Assembly: GCA_964459155.1 (NCBI GenBank)
Contig: CAYWKF010000013.1
Location: forward strand, 8,491-72,490
DNA length: 64,000 bases
Direction: 5' to 3'
Source: an uncultured Desulfobacterales bacterium
GTDB lineage: Bacteria > Desulfobacterota > Dissulfuribacteria > Dissulfuribacterales > JALVPX01
Both the position numbers and the translations under genes were made by a program. Below, piece after piece: positions 60,526 to 64,000 of this stretch (position 1 is the first letter of the stretch; every line of letters starts with the position of its first letter). A model generated the notes under the pieces. The model was not told where the DNA came from. It did not search any database and saw only the letters and a list, made by a program, of their open reading frames with translations.

Positions 60526-61698
60526 TCATATCCCCAACAGGTCACATATTACGGCAAAAACACCGTCCAGGACTACTATCATGACTATAGACGCAACCAC
60601 GGCTGACGTTGCGGCAAGTCCCACATCATAGGCGGATTTCCCGCACTTGATACCTTTCATGCAGCCAGAAATTGCTATCACCAGCCCGAATACGAAACTT
60701 TTGATTACACCAAGTGTAAAATGATTTAGATTCAACGCCTCCACTGTCTGGTTGTAATATTGCACAACTGGAATGTCGAGCATCCCTACAGATACAAAAA
60801 GCCCTCCAAGCATGCCCACGATGTCTGCATATATGCACAACAAAGGCATCATTACACCCAGTGCCAGCACCCTTGGCAACACCAAATACTCCACAGGAGA
60901 AAATCCAAAAGTCTTCAAGGCGTCAATCTCTTCATTTACCTGCATAGTGCCCAACTGGGCTGCAAAAGCGGCTCCGGTGCGGCCAGCCATTATTATGCCT
61001 GTCATCATGGCACCCATTTCCCGCGCCATCCCAATGCCTACCAGGTCTGCCACGTATATTTCTGCACCAAAGATCTTGAGCTGTACCGCCCCAACGAAGG
61101 CCAAAATCAGCCCAACAAGTGCGCTTATCAACGAGACAATCGGCAGGGCGCTGGGACCGCAATCACTTAAGAAAGTGAATAGGTCCTTGCTGCGAAACCT
61201 TGCCTTTCCTTTGAGTAATGCCCAAAAGGCGATGGACAATTCTCCTATAAACTCCAATACATCCAGAACCGCTTCAGCTGCCTGAAAGGCTTTGTCGCCA
61301 ATGGACGCCAGCACGCCTTGACCAGACTCATCGCGACTTTGTTCAACTTCTGGCACTGCCGTGGCCAGGTCAACCAGGCGCTTTACACCAGCAGGCACAT
61401 CAGTCATATCAATCTCAACTCCACCTGTGCGCTGTTCAAACAGCTTTATCAAAAAGGTGACAAACACACTGTCCCACTTGGTTACACCTGAAGCATCTAC
61501 CAAGTATCGCCTGACCCTTTCAGACCTTGCCTCCTCTGCAATATTGTTAATAAGTGAATAGTCTGGAAGTTGGTCATGGACTGTCCAGCTTCCTGAAAAA
61601 TAGAGAATGAGGCCTTCCTGAGGATCAAGCCTGTATTCAAGTCTTGTTTCTTTTGATCGTGGTAATTTGTCCATCTCGATTGAAAAATACTTTATCAA
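60526..61698 (-). CDS. MlaE-family permease with a fused N-terminal STAS/MlaB-like domain
   Basis: The C-terminal ~260 aa match the MlaE pattern (5 TM helices). The N-terminal ~120 aa show a STAS-like pattern (LILYFSGSWTV...YLVDASGVTKWDSVFVTFL). Confidence 0.75.
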   Translation of the reverse strand: MIKYFSIEMDKLPRSKETRLEYRLDPQEGLILYFSGSWTVHDQLPDYSLINNIAEEARSERVRRYLVDASGVTKWDSVFVTFLIKLFEQRTGGVEIDMTDVPAGVKRLVDLATAVPEVEQSRDESGQGVLASIGDKAFQAAEAVLDVLEFIGELSIAFWALLKGKARFRSKDLFTFLSDCGPSALPIVSLISALVGLILAFVGAVQLKIFGAEIYVADLVGIGMAREMGAMMTGIIMAGRTGAAFAAQLGTMQVNEEIDALKTFGFSPVEYLVLPRVLALGVMMPLLCIYADIVGMLGGLFVSVGMLDIPVVQYYNQTVEALNLNHFTLGVIKSFVFGLVIAISGCMKGIKCGKSAYDVGLAATSAVVASIVMIVVLDGVFAVICDLLGI

Positions 61699-61851
61699 GT
61701 AGTCTCACTTTCCGAAATATAAATTTAGGTTCGGTGTGTTTTATAGGTTGCCTCCAAGTTCAAATAACCTGGAATTTCATTTAGGAGCTTGAAAACAGCC
61801 ACTATTGATTGGATGCAACCGTCAAAAAATCGCTATAGGAAATAAATTGAC

Positions 61852-63384
61852 ATGCTGGCATATGCTAAAAGCGGGGCCACTATGGGTATAGAGGCCTACC
61901 AAATCGAGGTGGAGGTGGATGTATCGCAAGGGCTTCCATCTTTCAACATGGTAGGCCTTCCAGAAGGTGCTGTAAGGGAAAGCCGCGAACGGGTGAAGGC
62001 TGCCATAAAAAATTGTGGTTACCCATATCCCACCCAGAGAATCACTGTCAACCTTGCGCCTGCAGATGTAAAAAAGGAGGGCTCTGGACTTGATCTCCCC
62101 ATCGCATGCGGCATCCTGTGTGCGGCAGGAGTTATTCCTCAAGAAAAGCTGAAAAGATATTGCCTGGTAGGCGAACTGTCTCTGGATGGCTCGGTGAGGC
62201 CGGCCAAAGGAATATTGCCCCTGTCCATGGCCTCCGTCAGGTGGCCTATTGATGGAGTGATAGTTCCAAAAGAGAATGGCTCTGAAGCCGCTATTGTAAA
62301 AGAGGCCGTTGGCCTGCCCGTGGACCATCTGTCTCAAGTGGTGGAATTTTTTCAGGGCAATGTGGAGATTGAAAAGGCAGCCGTTGATATTGAAGCCTTG
62401 TTTGAGAAAGGCTCACACGGATGTGGGGTGGATTTTAGGGACGTTGTAGGCCAGGAACAGGCAAAAAGGGCGCTAGAGGTGGCGGCTGCAGGAGGTCACA
62501 ATGTACTCATGGTCGGTCCTCCTGGATCAGGCAAGACCATGCTGGCCAAAAGGCTTCCTAGCATCCTGCCTCCATTGACCTTTGAAGAGGCGCTTGAAAC
62601 CACTGCAATCTACAGCGTTTCTGGCAAACTGCCCGCAGATCAGCCTTTGGTGGTTCAGCGACCTTTTTGCGCTCCGCATCACACGGTTTCAGATGCAGGC
62701 CTCATTGGCGGTGGCAATGTTCCAAAGGCTGGGCTTGTGAGCCTTGCTCATAACGGCATCCTTTTCATGGACGAGCTGCCAGAGTTCAAAAAACACGTTC
62801 TCGAAGGATTGAGACAGCCGCTTGAAGACGGGCGGGTCACCATAGCTCGGGCATCAATGAGCTTGACATTTCCAGCCCGCTTCACTCTAGTTTGCGCCCA
62901 AAATCCTTGTCCGTGTGGTCACCTAGGCGACACCAGAAAAAATTGTGCCTGCACCGTGAACCAGATAAACCGTTACAGAAACCGTATCTCCGGTCCTTTG
63001 ATGGACAGGATAGACATCCAAATAGAAGTGCCAGCCGTGGAATATTCCGAACTCTCTAGCAGCAGGGCAGGAGAACCTTCCTCCAACATCAAGGAGCGGG
63101 TGGTTGCTGCAAGGCATAGGCAAGAAAAGCGGTTCAAGGGACTACCCATTCATACGAATGCCCAAATGGGCTCCAAAGAATTGAAAAAGTTTTGCAAATT
63201 GAACCATGAACAACAGGCGTTCATGGAAAAAGTAGCAGAAAAGCTCGCCTTGAGCGCAAGAGCCTTCCACAGGATAATCAAGATAGGCCGTACAATAGCT
63301 GATCTAGAAGATTGCAGGGAACTAAAGCTGCACCATCTGGCTGAGGCCGTACAGTATCGCAGCCTCGACCGTCCAATAACTTAA
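61852..63384 (+). CDS. comM: YifB/ComM Mg-chelatase-like ATPase
   Basis: N-terminal Lon-protease-like domain, AAA+ Walker A GPPGSGKT, and a C4 zinc motif (CPCGH...CAC). Confidence 0.9.
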   Translation: MLAYAKSGATMGIEAYQIEVEVDVSQGLPSFNMVGLPEGAVRESRERVKAAIKNCGYPYPTQRITVNLAPADVKKEGSGLDLPIACGILCAAGVIPQEKLKRYCLVGELSLDGSVRPAKGILPLSMASVRWPIDGVIVPKENGSEAAIVKEAVGLPVDHLSQVVEFFQGNVEIEKAAVDIEALFEKGSHGCGVDFRDVVGQEQAKRALEVAAAGGHNVLMVGPPGSGKTMLAKRLPSILPPLTFEEALETTAIYSVSGKLPADQPLVVQRPFCAPHHTVSDAGLIGGGNVPKAGLVSLAHNGILFMDELPEFKKHVLEGLRQPLEDGRVTIARASMSLTFPARFTLVCAQNPCPCGHLGDTRKNCACTVNQINRYRNRISGPLMDRIDIQIEVPAVEYSELSSSRAGEPSSNIKERVVAARHRQEKRFKGLPIHTNAQMGSKELKKFCKLNHEQQAFMEKVAEKLALSARAFHRIIKIGRTIADLEDCRELKLHHLAEAVQYRSLDRPIT

Positions 63385-63429
63385 GCATGCTTTTACTTGT
63401 ATTGGTGGAAGGTTAATATGTAAACCATT

Positions 63430-64000
63430 ATGGCTGGTTTATTCCTGTTGGGCACAATTCACCTGGATATCAAATCTGCGCCTTCACTGTTGGCTGCACT
63501 TCATGATCTAAGACCCGACATCGTGACCGTAGAGATAAGCAAATATTCAGTGGAATTCAGGCGAAAACAGTACCCAGTTTGGAAAAACAGTCTAAGAATG
63601 GCCTTGAAATCGGTGCCTATCAAGCAACGGGCACACCCGCAAATAAGGCTTTTGAAACGCCAAATCACCATGCCTTATGAGTGGTCTGTGGCAAAAGAGT
63701 ATTGTGATACTTCTTCAATTCCTTGTATTCCCGTGGATTCCTCACTTTTGGCAAAAAAAGAACTTCCAGCATGGAAACAGGATTTACTAGCACCAGAAAA
63801 TGTTAAATTTTTGGTAAAGGGACCCTGGTTTTCTCTTGAATCTTACTTCTTGAAACATCACAAAACGGCTCTCGATCTTTGGGAAAGACCTCATCCACCA
63901 GGAATCAAAACGACCCTGAGTTTCTTAAAAAGGCCTTTTTGGCGCCAAAGGGAAAAGACCTTGGCTGTCAGGCTGAAACGCTTTATGGGACTTGGTTGTA
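63430..64000 (+). CDS. partial ORF (5' part), weakly TraB/GumN-like
   Basis: Frame open from ATG 63430 to the window end (my own translation: MAGLFLLGTIHLDIKSAPSLLAALHDLRPDIVTVEIS...). The GTxH...PDxVxVE pattern is reminiscent of the TraB/GumN family. Confidence 0.35.
   Translation, partial: MAGLFLLGTIHLDIKSAPSLLAALHDLRPDIVTVEISKYSVEFRRKQYPVWKNSLRMALKSVPIKQRAHPQIRLLKRQITMPYEWSVAKEYCDTSSIPCIPVDSSLLAKKELPAWKQDLLAPENVKFLVKGPWFSLESYFLKHHKTALDLWERPHPPGIKTTLSFLKRPFWRQREKTLAVRLKRFMGLGC

Noticed and set aside
1-64000. Searched by eye for tRNA or rRNA genes, CRISPR repeats, transposase or integrase genes, IS inverted repeats, and toxin-antitoxin or defence-system genes
   Set aside because: None was recognised. 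All intergenic gaps are at most 345 nt and lack cloverleaf-like or regularly spaced repeat structure. An exhaustive repeat search was not possible without tools, so short dispersed repeats could have been missed.

Overview
This 64-kb window looks like ordinary chromosome from an anaerobic, probably Desulfobacterota-type bacterium. That guess is inferred from gene content: Ni-CODH cooS, a Tat-exported molybdopterin oxidoreductase, sigma-54 regulators and the T2SS layout. I can support about 55 protein-coding genes, tightly packed with many 1-4 nt overlaps.

Gene order, left to right:
- plsY
- a minus-strand block: sigma-54 response regulator, NtrY-like kinase, DUF4390, mltA, mdh, hisA, tatC, pepP-like, rluD, carD
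- gltB and a small EamA-like transporter
- a TorD-like chaperone, Mo-oxidoreductase and FeS-subunit operon
- a lexA-dnaE2 SOS module with a frameshifted dnaE2
- an orphan cooS
- secDF, murA, moaA, a GcvH-like gene and fabD
- an 11-gene type II secretion operon in the order gspG-E-F-H-I-J-K-L-M-D plus a GspC-like gene
- rlpA, a cysteine desulfurase and an AEC transporter
- a histone-fold (DUF1931-like) protein, a J-domain protein and mscS
- rpsT, then leuS-lptE
- nrdR-ribD-ribE-ribBA-ribH-nusB
- an Mla/MCE/PqiC-like lipid-transport operon
- comM/yifB and a partial TraB/GumN-like ORF

I saw no rRNA, tRNA, CRISPR array, transposase, integrase or phage genes. I did not find a convincing, wholly novel multi-gene system.

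The observations most worth following up are:
- the lexA-dnaE2 module, which lacks imuA/imuB and has two opposite-sign frameshifts
- a GAAC-N4-GTTC SOS box inside an apparently leaderless lexA promoter
- a GcvH-like protein without the lipoyl-lysine, translationally coupled to moaA and fabD
- a double histone-fold protein
- candidate sigma-54 promoters in front of gspG and gltB
- a membrane-anchor-less Mo-oxidoreductase operon

All family assignments come from motif recognition by eye. No database search was run.
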